Below are positions 12,859 to 25,055 of a stretch of 50,961 nt of DNA, piece after piece; positions within the stretch are counted from its first letter, which is position 1; the number at the start of each line of letters is the position of its first letter. This DNA comes from Chiloscyllium plagiosum (Eukaryota): assembly GCF_004010195.1 (NCBI RefSeq), contig NC_057753.1, positions 3,164,502 through 3,215,462 on the forward strand, given 5' to 3'. Both the position numbers and the translations under genes were made by a program. Under the pieces are notes generated by a model that saw nothing but the letters and a program-made list of their open reading frames with translations, was not told where the DNA came from and did not search any database.

Positions 12859-13254
12859 TGTTAGAAACGAAAATCGCTTCTCAATAATCGCTCTAGACAA
12901 ATTCAGGAAAACAAAGTTTTATTAACAAGTCAAGTCTGCAGAGTCGGGCACCCTTAAAGAAAAGGCGCGCTGAGGCTTACAAAGTCTCCATTATATATAG
13001 CACAAGTCCCTCCTCTCCTTGGCTCCAACAAGCCAAGGTTCACATTCTTAAAAACATCATTATTTTTATCACAAAGTCTGCAACAAAAGGCTCCAGAGTC
13101 TCCAAAGTTTGTTGTTTTTCTCACCCTGTAGTCTTATCAAAACAGATGTCTCAAGTCGTACTCCCATCCTGGAGTCTTATCAGCCAAGGACTCATCCTTC
13201 TCTGCTGTGTGAATGGCTTCATTAATCAAGAGCCTGCTTGCTTTTACTATCGCT
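12859..13254 (-). mobile_element. LTR family A, partial (runs into the satellite)
   Basis: Same TGTTAGAAACGAAAATCG terminus as 36675 and 46029; AATAAA and TATA on the minus strand. Confidence 0.8.
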
Positions 13255-15004
13255 CACAAATTGTCAGCATTCTGCACAATTTAAACTACTCTACTTTTGA
13301 GTATATAAAATGGTTGTTAGAAAAGAAACAAAGGTTTTGTCTTTTATTATAGATCAGTCTCACAAATTGTCAGCATTCTGCACAATTTAAACTACTCTAC
13401 TTTTGAGTATATAAAATGGTTGTTAGAAAAGAAACAAAGGTTTTGTCTTTTATTATAGATCAGTCTCACAAATTGTCAGCATTCTGCACAATTTAAACTA
13501 CTCTACTTTTGAGTATATAAAATGGTTGTTAGAAAAGAAACAAAGGTTTTGTCTTTTATTATAGATCAGTCTCACAAATTGTCAGCATTCTGCACAATTT
13601 AAACTACTCTACTTTTGAGTATATAAAATGGTTGTTAGAAAAGAAACAAAGGTTTTGTCTTTTATTATAGATCAGTCTCACAAATTGTCAGCATTCTGCA
13701 CAATTTAAACTACTCTACTTTTGAGTATATAAAATGGTTGTTAGAAAAGAAACAAAGGTTTTGTCTTTTATTATAGATCAGTCTCACAAATTGTCAGCAT
13801 TCTGCACAATTTAAACTACTCTACTTTTGAGTATATAAAATGGTTAGAAAAGAAACGAAGGTTTTGTCTTTTATTATAGATCAGTCTCACAAATTGTCAG
13901 CATTCTGCACAATGTAAACTACTCTACTTTTGAGTATATAAAATGGTTAGAAAAGAAACGAAGGTTTTGTCTTTTATTATAGATCAGTCTCACAAATTGT
14001 CAGCATTCTGCACAATTTAAACTACTCTACTTTTGAGTATATAAAATGGTTGTTAGAAAAGAAACAAAGGTTTTGTCTTTTATTATAGATCAGTCTCACA
14101 AATTGTCAGCATTCTGCACAATGTAAACTACTCTACTTTTGAGTATATAAAATGGTTAGAAAAGAAACGAAGGTTTTGTCTTTTATTATAGATCAGTCTC
14201 ACAAATTGTCAGCATTCTGCACAATGTAAACTACTCTACTTTTGAGTATATAAAATGGTTAGAAAAGAAACGAAGGTTTTGTCTTTTATTATAGATCAGT
14301 CTCACAAATTGTCAGCATTCTGCACAATTTAAACTACTCTACTTTTGAGTATATAAAATGGTTGTTAGAAAAGAAACAAAGGTTTTGTCTTTTATTATAG
14401 ATCAGTCTCACAAATTGTCAGCATTCTGCACAATGTAAACTACTCTACTTTTGAGTATATAAAATGGTTAGAAAAGAAACGAAGGTTTTGTCTTTTATTA
14501 TAGATCAGTCTCACAAATTGTCAGCATTCTGCACAATGTAAACTACTCTACTTTTGAGTATATAAAATGGTTAGAAAAGAAACGAAGGTTTTGTCTTTTA
14601 TTATAGATCAGTCTCACAAATTGTCAGCATTCTGCACAATTTAAACTACTCTACTTTTGAGTATATAAAATGGTTGTTAGAAAAGAAACAAAGGTTTTGT
14701 CTTTTATTATAGATCAGTCTCACAAATTGTCAGCATTCTGCACAATGTAAACTACTCTACTTTTGAGTATATAAAATGGTTAGAAAAGAAACGAAGGTTT
14801 TGTCTTTTATTATAGATCAGTCTCACAAATTGTCAGCATTCTGCACAATGTAAACTACTCTACTTTTGAGTATATAAAATGGTTAGAAAAGAAACGAAGG
14901 TTTTGTCTTTTATTATAGATCAGTCTCACAAATTGTCAGCATTCTGCACAATTTAAACTACTCTACTTTTGAGTATATAAAATGGTTGTTAGAAAAGAAA
15001 CAAA
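13253..15004. repeat. 106/103-bp tandem array, about 16.7 units, with 312-bp higher-order repeat
   Basis: CACAAATTGTC at 13255, 13361, 13467, 13573, 13679, 13785, 13888, 13991, 14097, 14200, 14303, 14409, 14512, 14615, 14721, 14824, 14927. Confidence 0.97.
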
Positions 15005-15829
15005 GTGTGAGAAAGTGTATGTGTGTGTGTAATGAGTGCAGAGTGTCTTAAGTCTATGAGGGGGTGCATGTGTGAGTGTGGGAGTGTATGTGCCTGTAAG
15101 GGTGTGTGTGGGTGTCTGTGCGCGCATCTGTGTCCGTGTGTGTGTGTATAGGAGTGCCTGTGTGTGTGTGTGTAGTGCAATGGTGGTCACCTGTAATGTG
15201 ACATGAACCCAAGGTCCCGGTTGAGGCCCTCCCTATGGGTATTGAACTTAGCTATCAGTCTCTGCTCGGCCATGTTTCGCTGCTGCCTGTCCCGAAGTCC
15301 ACCTTGGAGGATGGTCACCCGAAGGTCCGAGGTCAAATGTCCTGGACCACTGAAGTGTTCGCCAACTGGGAGGGAACACTCCTGTCTGTTGATTGGCATC
15401 TCCAAATTATGTCTCCAGACATTGTTACACACCACCGGGCACAAAGGTTTCCAGGATAACCGGCTGCCAGCCCAAGACCCGGGTGCCCCTCCCCCCTCTC
15501 CAAACTCCTGCTGGTGCCTCCTGCAACCAACAAGAGACACACATGGAGCCCAACTGTTGTATTATGCATACTACGAGCGGACAGTGAGCCTGCAGTGGCT
15601 TTCAGCTGCTGGAGTGGAGGAGGGGTGTTCTGCAAAAAAATCCTGCTTTTATTTTTTTTCACTTCACCCTCACTGAATCACTTTTAATTCCCCTCCTCCA
15701 AGAAATACAGAGGGCGGCGTCCGCTTTATCGATTTAGGAACTCATCCTGCTCCTAATTCTGGTTTTAAAAAAGCTGAGCTACCTTGAGATTGCAATTTCA
15801 AAGGAGTCCCTGGGCTTTGCATATCAAAG

Positions 15830-16700
15830 ATTTCACCAGTTTCCTCATTTCCCCTCCCCCCAGCCTGTCTCAGTCAAATCCATCAAATTCAGCACCGCCT
15901 TCCTAACCTGCAATCTTCTTCCCGACCTCTCCGCCCCCACCCCAGTCTGACCTATCACCCTCACCTTGACCTCTTTCCACCTATCACATTTCCGACGCCC
16001 CTCCCCCAAGTCCCTCCTCCCTATCTTTTATCTTAGCCTGCTGGACCAACTTCCCTCATTCCTGAAGAAGGGCTAATGCCCGAAACGTCGATTCTCCTGT
16101 TCCCTAGATGCTGCCTGACCTGCTGCGCTTTTCCAGCAACACATTTCCATATCAAAGAACAGCATATCCCATTATAAAAGATGAAGGTTTTAATATAAGG
16201 TTGTTTACTGTATTACATCTGCCTGACTCCTTTGGCTATAAATTCTGTGAGGTAAAAACAATGACTGCAGATGCTGGAAACCAGATTCTGCATTAGAGTG
16301 GCGCTGGAAAAGCACAGCAGTTCAGGCAGCATCAGAGGCGCAGGAAAATCGACATTTCGGGCAAAAGGGCTTTTCCTGCTCCTCAGATGCTGCCTGACCC
16401 TTTTCCTGAAGAAGGGCTTATGCCCGAAACGTCGATTCTCCTGCTCCTTTGATGCTGCCTGACCTGCTGCGCTTTTCCAGCAACACATTTTCAGCTCTGA
16501 TCTCCAGCATCTGCAGTCCTCACTTTCTCCTCCATGTTGTGGAAATGTCAGGGTTGGACTGGGGTGGACAATCCATGATATCAAACTGAAATTGTGTGTG
16601 CACTGTTTCCTGATGAAAGGCTTTTGCCCGAAACGTCAATTTTCCTGCTCCTCAGATGCTGCCTGACCTGCTGTGCTTTTCCAGCACCACTCTAATCTAG
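15830..16700. mobile_element. Cluster of PLE P1 pLTRs in both orientations
   Basis: Three plus-strand HHR cores at 16062, 16406 and 16610; inverted piece at 16250-16370. Confidence 0.85.
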
Positions 16701-16754
16701 AATATGGGGATATAGCAGGGTCATGGGACTCAGTGGATTGTTGCACAGAGTTAG

Positions 16755-17260
16755 TTAAAAATCACACAACACCAGGTTATAATCCAACGGGTTTATTTGG
16801 AACTACTAGCTGCTGCCTCATCAGGTAGTTGTGGACCAGGACCATAAATCATGGAATTTACAGTAAAAGTTTACAGTGTCATGCAACTGATATGGTATAT
16901 TGAGCAAACTGAGATTGTCGTTAAGTCTTTCATCTTTTAGAATGGTTACAGGTTTCTGTTCATTAATTTGCAAAGAACTTCTTTCAAGTCACATTCTCGA
17001 GATAACTTAAGGGTTTATATATCTAAAAGTGACATCTTAGCTCAGACAATGCATTAAAGGTGTGAGGTTAGAGTCTGTCTGTATCCCAATTCCAATCTTG
17101 AGTCAGACTGGTTCTATTTCCAAAGTGGGACTTACAAAGTATTCCACGGATTGACTGCCCGCAGATTGTGCATTTTTTGAGCAAAGTAGTATGTGCCTGC
17201 AAATATAATCCTGCAAAGACCCCAAGACATATGTGTCTGAGCGTGCATGAGGAAGGATGA
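16755..17260 (-). mobile_element. PLE P2 3' region
   Basis: Same terminus and 3' UTR as 6590-6960. Confidence 0.8.
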
Positions 17261-17929
17261 AAGCAGAGTTAACTTTTCAAGCCCGTTGGCTCTTCATCAG
17301 AACTGACTGCAGCGAGGGAAAAAAATTGATATTTATGCTGAAGACCTGATTTTGGGGAGGGGGCAGGGTGGAAGAGGTGAGGGATAGAATAGAACTAGCT
17401 TCCTTGCCACCTACTCACATGAGCAACACTGAAAAGTTACTTACAGTGCCAGCTTACGATGCCAGCTTAGCCCCCAGGGTGCAGATGCTTAAGTCCAAAT
17501 TCTGAGGGAGAAAGACCAAAAAATAAAGAAACTTTAAAATGCAGCAATAGATTTGGAAAGAGTTCAGAATAACAGACCTTCCAATCCAGCCTTCACCTCG
17601 AGGCCAGGATTCTGAGTCCACGCTGGGGCTGGGAGTCAATGCTGCCTGGGGACGGAAGGTAAAACGATAAAGGAAAATAAGTAAAAAGAGGAAGGGAAAA
17701 AAAGGCAGGTGGAGCGGACAAGCTCCAGATCAGGGGTCCTCCTCTGCTGCCACCTTAGTAAATTTAGGTAGATGGTGGATGGAGCCCAGAGAGAGAGGTA
17801 TGAAAGGGTTAGGTCAATGAGGGGATTATGCTTGGCACACCATGGTCAGGAGAGAAGCTGAATGTGAGACAGTGAGAGGTGAGGGAAGCGAAGAATGGGT
17901 GATCTGTGCTGAAAGCAAGCCATGCAATG

Positions 17930-18805
17930 TGATAAACACACTGCAGGCAAGGTCACCCTGAGGCATGGTACGTTGGCGAGTCCGAGCAGAGGCTATGGCA
18001 ACGGATGAATGGGCACCGCACAACAACCACCAGCCAGGAGTGTTCCCTCCCAGTCGGAGATCACTTCAGCCGTCTGGGACATTCGGCCTCAGGCCTTCGG
18101 GTGACCATCCTCCAAGGCAGACTTCAGGACAGGCAACAATACAAAGTGGCCAAGCAGAGGCTGATAGCCAAGTCTGATAGCCATGCCTCAACCGGGACCT
18201 TGGGTTCATGTCACACTACAGGTGACCCCACTACACCATACACTGTCTCTCTCACACACACACACACACCCTCTCACAGACACTCATATCCACCCCCACA
18301 CATGCACGCGCGCACACGCACACGCATATAAGTTTGTGGGGTGAACTTGAACTTGCAGAATTATATTGTATTTTCATGTAAGATTCTGTAAATCCCTTTT
18401 TTAAAAATAGAATCAGTCTGGACATTGGGGCACAGACAGCCTCAGCCAGGACAGCTCACACCTTCAATGCATTATCTGGGCAGACGTGGCACCTATTGTT
18501 AAAGTTCACTTGAGAATGTAACTTGAAACAAATGCTCTGGGATTGACCTATGAAACCAACGTGGTCATTCTAAAAGATGAGAGACTGAACAAACAATCCA
18601 GGTCTCTTTCAATATACAATTGCAGTTACATCACACTGCAAACTTTTGCTATAAATTCTGTGTCTTGCGGTCTCATATTCCACCTGATGAAAGAGCAGTG
18701 CTCCAAAAGTTAGTGCTCCCAAATAAACCTGCTGGACCCTAACCTGGTGCAGTGTGATTTTTAACTTTGTCCACCCCAGTCCAACACCAGCACCTCCAAA
18801 TCATG
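17930..18805 (+). mobile_element. PLE P2 GIY-YIG C-terminus through pLTR
   Basis: YVGESEQRLWQRMNGHR...LPVGDHFS; (CA)n; decayed HHR near 18683; tail CCAGTCCAACACC. Confidence 0.87.
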
Positions 18806-19313
18806 TAATGGCTTCAGAATGGGTGCAAATGTGTTCGGTGTGCTTAAAGTGACCCGTAGCAAGACTGGGTCTGGGGTTGGGTAAATAACAGGGGAGGTGC
18901 GTCAGTATTGATTGCCAGAGATTGGAGGATCGTCAAGCAGATGCTGTTCTTTGAGCTGGTGTTGAGACTCACTGGAACACTGCAGCAGCCAGACTGCAAG
19001 CAAACTGTTGTAGTGAGAATGCAGAGGTGGACAGTTCTGGTCACCGCATTACAGGGAGGATGTGGAAGCTTTGCAAAGGGTGCAGAGGAGGCTTACTAGG
19101 ATGTTGCCTGGTCTGGAGGGAAGGTCGTACGAGGAAAGGCTGAGGGACTTGAGGCTGTTTTCGTTAGAGAGAAGAAGGTTGAGAGGTGATTAAATAGAGA
19201 CATATAAGATAATCAGAGGGTTAGACAGGGTGGACAGTGAGAGCCTTTTTCCTCGGATGGTGTTGGCTAGCATGAGGGGACAAAGCTTTAAACTGAGGGG
19301 TGATAGATATAGG

Positions 19314-19501
19314 GTCAAGAGTGTCGTGCTGGAAAAACACAGCAGGTCAGGCAGCAAGGAGCAGGAGAGTCGACATTTCAGGCAAAAGCCTTTCATTCCG
19401 GTTGACTCTCCTGCTCCTCAGATGCTGCCTGACCTGCTGTGCTTTTCCAGCACCACCCTCTCGACTCTGAACCCCAGCATCTGCAGTCCTCACTTTCTCC
19501 T
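19314..19501. mobile_element. Short hairpin PLE P1 insertion with 16-bp TSD
   Basis: GGGTGATAGATATAGG at 19298-19313 and 19502-19517; inverted arms. Confidence 0.88.
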
Positions 19502-19635
19502 GGGTGATAGATATAGGACAGATGTCAGAGGTAGTTTCTTCACTGAGAGAATACTAGGGGTGCGGAACGCCCTGCCTGCAACAGCAGTAGACTCGCCAAC
19601 TTTAACGGCATTTAAATGGTCACTGGATAGACATA

Positions 19636-19832
19636 GTTAAAAATCACACAACACCAGGTTATAGTCCAACAGGTTTAATTGGAAGCACACTAGCTTTCAG
19701 AGCACTATCACCTGATGAAGGAGCAGCGCTCCGAAAGCTAGTGCTTCCAGTTAAAGCTGTTGGACTATAACCTGGTGTTGTGTGATTTTTAACTTTGTAC
19801 ACCCCAGTCCAACACCGGCATCTCCAAATCAT
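19636..19832. mobile_element. Short hairpin PLE P2 insertion with 12-bp TSD
   Basis: TGGATAGACATA at 19624-19635 and 19833-19844; about 65-bp inverted arms. Confidence 0.88.
19709..19743 (+). ncRNA. Minimal hammerhead ribozyme (P2)
   Basis: cac-CTGATGA-a-ggagc-agc-gctcc-GAAAG-CTA-gtg; stem I cac/gtg; palindromic AGCT. Confidence 0.8.
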
Positions 19833-20557
19833 TGGATAGACATATGGATGAGAATGGAATAATATAGGTTAGATGGGCTTCAGCTTGGTTTCACAGGTCA
19901 GCACAACATCGAGGGCCGAAGGGCCTGTCCTGCGCTGGAATGGTCTACGTTCGATGTGTGTTGAAATGGGACGCACCCTGGGGACCCTCTGGGTCACTTT
20001 CACAGACGGAAGATCGGCATTTTTGTTAAAGCGGTCACCCAGTCTGCATTTCATCTCCCCAATGTAGAGGAGACCACACTACGAACAGCAAATATACTAG
20101 ACTGGGCTGAATGAAGTCCAGGCAGATGAATGCTTCACCTGGAAGGATTGTCTGGTTCACAGACAGGAAACAGCAGGAATAAATGGGTCTTTTTTGGATT
20201 GGAGGTGGTGACAATTGGGCCCCAGCCATTCACAATATGTCAACGGTTTAGCTGAGGGAATCGAATAATGTTTCAAGTCATCATTAAATTGAAGGGTAAT
20301 AGATATAGGGTCAAGAATGTGGTGCTGGAAAAGCACAGCAGGTCAGGCAGCATCCGAGGAGCAGGTGAATCGACGTTTCGGGCATAAGCCCTGCGTGCGG
20401 ATTGTTTGCTCAGTCGCTCATCTTTTAGATTGACCATGTTGGTTTCAGTTCCTTCATACGTAAATCCCACAACTTGTTTTTTTAAGTTACATTCTCAAAG
20501 TGAACTTTAACAGTAGGTGCCATGTTGGCCCAGATAATGTATTGAAGGTGGGAGGTA

Positions 20558-21778
20558 TTAGAGTCATAGAGATGTACAGACCCTTCAATCCAACCCGTCC
20601 ATGCCGACCAGATATCCCAACCCAATCTAGTCCCACCTGCCAGCACCCGGCCCATATCCCTCCAAATCCTTCCTATTCATATACCCATCCAGAAGCCTTA
20701 TAAATGTTGCAATTGGCGTAGCCTCCACCACTTCCTCTAGCAGCTCATTCCATACATGTACCACCCTCTGCGTGAGAAAGGTGCACCTTAGGACCCTTTT
20801 ATATCTTTCCCCTCTCACCCTAAACCTATGCCCTCTAGTTCTGGACTCCCCGACTCCAGGGAAAAGACTTTGTCTATTTATCCTATCCATGCCCCTCATG
20901 ATTTTATAATGTTGCTGATCTTTGAGGGGTGCTATTCTCTCCCTAGTTACTCTTTTGTCCTTGACTTATTTGTAAAAACACTTTCAATTCTGCATACTCT
21001 ATTTACCAAAGCTACCTCATGTCTCCTTTTTGCCCTCCACTGCCTTTATACTCCTCTCAAGGTTCACTCAATCTATCCTGCCTGTGCTGACATACACTTC
21101 CTTTTTTTTAGATTAGATTAGATTCTCTACAGTGTGGAAACAGGCCCTTCGGCCCAACAAGTGCACACCCCCCCTCCGAAGATAAACCCACCCAGACCAC
21201 TTCCCTACCCAATATTTACCCCTGACTAACGCACCTAACACTACGGGCAATTTTGTGTGGCCAATTCACCTGACCTGCACATCTTTGGATTGTGGGAAGA
21301 AACCGGAGCACCCGGAGGAAACCCACGCAGACACGGGGAGAGTTGCAAACTCCATTCAGGCAGTCGGGAATCGAACCCAGGACCCTGGTGCTGTGAGGCA
21401 GCAGTGCTAACCACTGAGCCACTGTGCCGCCCAAACCCTCAATTTCTTTAGACATCCAGCATTACCTATACCTGCCAGCCTTTCCTTTCACCCTGACAGG
21501 AATATATTTTCTCTGGACTCTCGATATCTCATTTCGGAAGGCTTCCCATTTTCCAGCCGTCCCTTTACCTGTGAACATCTGCCCCCAATCAGGTTTTTAA
21601 AGTTCTTGCCTAATACCGTCAAAATTAGCCTTCCTTCAATTTAAAACTTCAACTTTTGAATCTGGCCTATCCTTTTCCATCGCTATTTTAAATCTAATGG
21701 AATTATGGTTGCAGGCCCCAAAGTGCTCCCCCACTGACACCTCAGTCACCTGCCCTGCCTTACTTCCCAAGAGTCGGT
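20558..21778 (-). mobile_element. CR1 fragments (3' end and APE-RT linker)
   Basis: Reverse complement of CR1 segments seen at 3700-4250 and 1400-1750. Confidence 0.87.
21109..21432 (-). mobile_element. HE1-like SINE
   Basis: tRNA head, V-domain, (TCTAA)n tail. Confidence 0.9.
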
Positions 21779-22234
21779 TACGTTTTCTCGACTGTCCAAA
21801 AGCTCTGAGGTTTTGACAAGTTCTCTCTTTTGAACTTGAACAGGAGTCACCACGTAAGTAAGCAAGTAGCCCCTTGGCTCTAAAACGTCTGTCCACAAGA
21901 TATGAGTCAAATGTATTATGCAATACTCTTCACTTAACATGGAAGATTTCAGCTTCAATAACACTAAAGCAGCTTGCTACCAGCTGAGACAAAACAGCCC
22001 TTTGGATTGCCCAACATCTTCAACATACACTTGCTTCACCACTGACGGCTGGTCGCAGCATAGTATATCATCGACAAAATATATACTACACTCACTCACC
22101 AAGACTCATAGAGTCATACAGCACAGAAACAGAGCCTTTGGTCCAATTTGTCTGTGTCAACCAGACATCCCAATCTAACCTGATCGCATTTGCCAGCATT
22201 TGGCCCATACTCCCTCCAAAACCCTTCTTCTTTA

Positions 22235-22315
22235 CAGAGGAACCGCGATTATCCGAACGAGATTGGGTGGGCACTGTTTCGTTCGGATAATCGACTATTC
22301 GGATCATCGATTTGA
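22235..22315. mobile_element. Tigger/pogo-like DNA transposon end
   Basis: TA|CAGAGGAACCGCGATTATCCGAAC with subterminal palindrome CGATTATCCGAACGA/TCGTTCGGATAATCG; no second TIR seen. Confidence 0.6.
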
Positions 22316-22769
22316 CCTTAAACAAGGGGAGGCCATGCTGGTCTAACGCTGTGTTCGACCGGAGAATTTGTTTAAGCCTGTAATTTTCACGAGTCTGTAA
22401 TTTTCACGAACAAACTAATCTATGCAGTCTGCAAATAACAGGTTCAACTGTGAAGGACTTACCAGCACAGACGTCGGAAATCCCGGCACCAAACGAGGTC
22501 CCGAACAGCTTCAACGATTGCAACAGGAGCTCAGTCTCGCGATCGAAAGACAGAAGCATCGCCTCAGGCGTGCGGTTATGTTCTCAGCCATTTCTTTCAT
22601 GAACGGCTCACTAATGTGACGGGAGTACCCTGTAAAACCCCACCTCAGGGAAAAGACCTTGCCTATTTATTCTATCCATGCCCCTCATGACTTTATAAAC
22701 CCCTATAAAGTCACCCCCTCAGCCTCCGACGCTCCGGGGAAAACGGCCCAAACCTATTCTTTGATACTC

Positions 22770-22972
22770 CAAAAGTGTGCAAGGTTGGGGTGGATTGGTT
22801 GTGCTAAGTTGCCCGTAGTGTTCAGGGATGTGATGGTTAGGTGCATTAGTCAGGGGTAAATGTAGGATAGTAAGGTAAGGGAATGGGTCTGGGTGGGGTA
22901 CTCTTCGGAGGATCAGTGTGGACTTGTTGGGCTGAAGGGCCTATTTACACACTGTAGGAATTCTATTCTATA
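22770..22972 (+). mobile_element. HE1-like SINE 3' half
   Basis: Matches 2370-2530. Confidence 0.8.
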
Positions 22973-23462
22973 AATTACAGATCCGTTGCTCTCAATCTCC
23001 CCTAACTGGGTAATGTTGCTGTTAGAGTTTGTTACATTGATGCTGATTTCTGTTTCGTTTAATAGACTTGGAACTTGCGCAGAGACTTTGTCTGTTTAGT
23101 GTGTGCAACATCTTCAATAGCACTTGTCTTTAATTGACAGACACAGTGAGGGGCTTGAAGAAAAACTCAACTTATGGTCAGAACACCCGCTGTTCCGGGG
23201 GCACCCTGTTCAGATGCAATCTCTCGCAGTTGTTCAAATGGACTTAAAAACTAATTCGCTCCAGGGAAGTTGTCCCACAGTCAGAATTGTCATAGAAGAT
23301 GGGAACAGGATTCCCGAAACGGATCAAGACTTGTCAACTAAGGTGCTAGTTCATTTGGGAAGGTTCATAAAGTTGTCCCGAAATGTTGCAAATTTTTGGC
23401 ATAAGGGAAGAACAGGTTATTGGGATGTTTGCAAGGGTCAAAGGTCAGACATTCAGGAGAAC

Positions 23463-23697
23463 GGGCGGCACAGTGGCTCACACCGCTGCCTCCCAGCGCC
23501 AGGGACCCAGGTTCGATTCCAACCTCGGGTGACTGTCTGTGTGGAGTTTGCACATTCTCCCCCCACCCACCCCCCCCCCCCCCCCCCCACCCCTTGCCTG
23601 TGTGGGTTTCCTCCGGGTGCTCCAGTTTTCTCCCTCAGTCCAAATATGTGCAGGTTAGCTGGATTGGCCATGCCAAATTTCTAGGGATGTGTAGGTG
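23463..23697 (+). mobile_element. HE1-like SINE 5' part with poly-C expansion
   Basis: tRNA head and V-domain. Confidence 0.85.
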
Positions 23698-24552
23698 TGA
23701 GAAACAAAGCTCACTCACTTCAATAATTTCAGTCCGAGACAAGATCTGAATCAGTAGTGTCATTTATTTTACTCTTGCAAGAGGGTGCGATGTCTACTGT
23801 CTACAAGGCAGGGACACACACACACACACAATTCAACTAATACACGATATTTATGTAATTTGGTTCCAATTTTTTTATCCCATTGCTCCTCCCCGTTTAC
23901 ATCTTCCACTTCTCTAAGACCGGCACCCATTACTCCTGTTTATCTCTTGCCTGTGACAAAATGCTTATTTCTGGCCTCAAGGCCGTTTGACCACATCCCG
24001 CTGTGGCCCATTGTTAGGTATATCCTTTCTCCACCATTATCTACTCCCTCCATGTGTGCTTTCCCCAACCATACTGATCCTTATGACCTTTTAATTGGGG
24101 TTTGTTCCTATATTTCTGTAAAAGTGGAAAACAGATGCTTATAACTACTGCTTGTGCAAGCATATCTGGCTTAACCTACATCCTCACAGCACCTTATCTA
24201 TTTTTCTGTAACATCTACCATTGTTTTGCTGTCACGTTTCATTCTTGCATACAATTTTAGCTAATACAAAAACAATTATGTATTTCCTCCACATAGTTTG
24301 CATTCTTGTTGACTCAGCTCTTAGTTGAAGCAATTACACACTGGTGTGTTCATTTACCTTGCATAAGTAATTATAATTCCAGAAGTAACACTACTTTACC
24401 TATATCCCCACAGTAGGTTAGGTGCGTTAGCCTAGTGAAATGGAGGGCTTGGAGTGAGGGTGTGACTAGAATCTCTTTGGAAGGTAGGTGAGGATGTGAT
24501 GGGCCGAACGACTTGCTTCCACATTGCAGGGAGAGTTGGAACTGGGAGTTTT

Positions 24553-24850
24553 GATTAGATTAGAATCCCCTACAGTGCGGAAACAGGCCCTTCGGCCCAA
24601 CAAGTCCACACCGACCCTCCAAAGAGAAACACACCCAGACCCATTCCACTACATTTACCCCTTCACCTAACACTAAAGGCAATTTAGCACGGCCAGCTTA
24701 CCTGACCTGCACATTTTTGGACTGTGGGAGGAAACCGGAGCACCTGGAGGAAACCCACACAGACACAGGGAGAGTTGCCTGAGGCGGGAATTGAACCCGG
24801 GCCTCTGGCGCTGTGAGGCAGCAGTACTAACCACTGTGCCACCATGTCAC
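24553..24850 (-). mobile_element. HE1-like SINE
   Basis: Head-to-tail match. Confidence 0.9.
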
Positions 24851-25055
24851 CCATTCTGGGAAGAGCTGCAGTTAGGAGAGAGCTGGGAATCGCAGGGGAG
24901 AGTTGGAGTGGGAGTCAGGGGCTGAATTGGCGTTGGGAGTCATGGGCAGAGAAAGTTAAGAGGTTGCTATGGATACTGGCCCCAGTCATTTTCCCTCTCC
25001 TCGCACCACACACTCAACTCTATTCTCCAGCATCCGCAGTCCTCACTTTTTGCCG

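Larger units (their letters stand above)
12663..15414 (-). mobile_element. PLE P2 (GIY-YIG C-terminus + pLTR), interrupted by an LTR and satellite
   Basis: VGEHFSGPGH...AEQRLIAKFNTHREGLNRD at 15187-15390; flanking duplication CCAGACATTGTTA at 12650 and 15415. Confidence 0.85.
19022..19950 (+). mobile_element. CR1 (second subfamily) 3' part hosting two PLE hairpin insertions
   Basis: QFWSPHY...LFSLERRRLRGD; host sequence resumes after each insertion. Confidence 0.88.

Noticed and set aside
13253..15004. CRISPR-like array
   Set aside because: Contiguous repeats with no unique spacers, no cas genes, eukaryotic context
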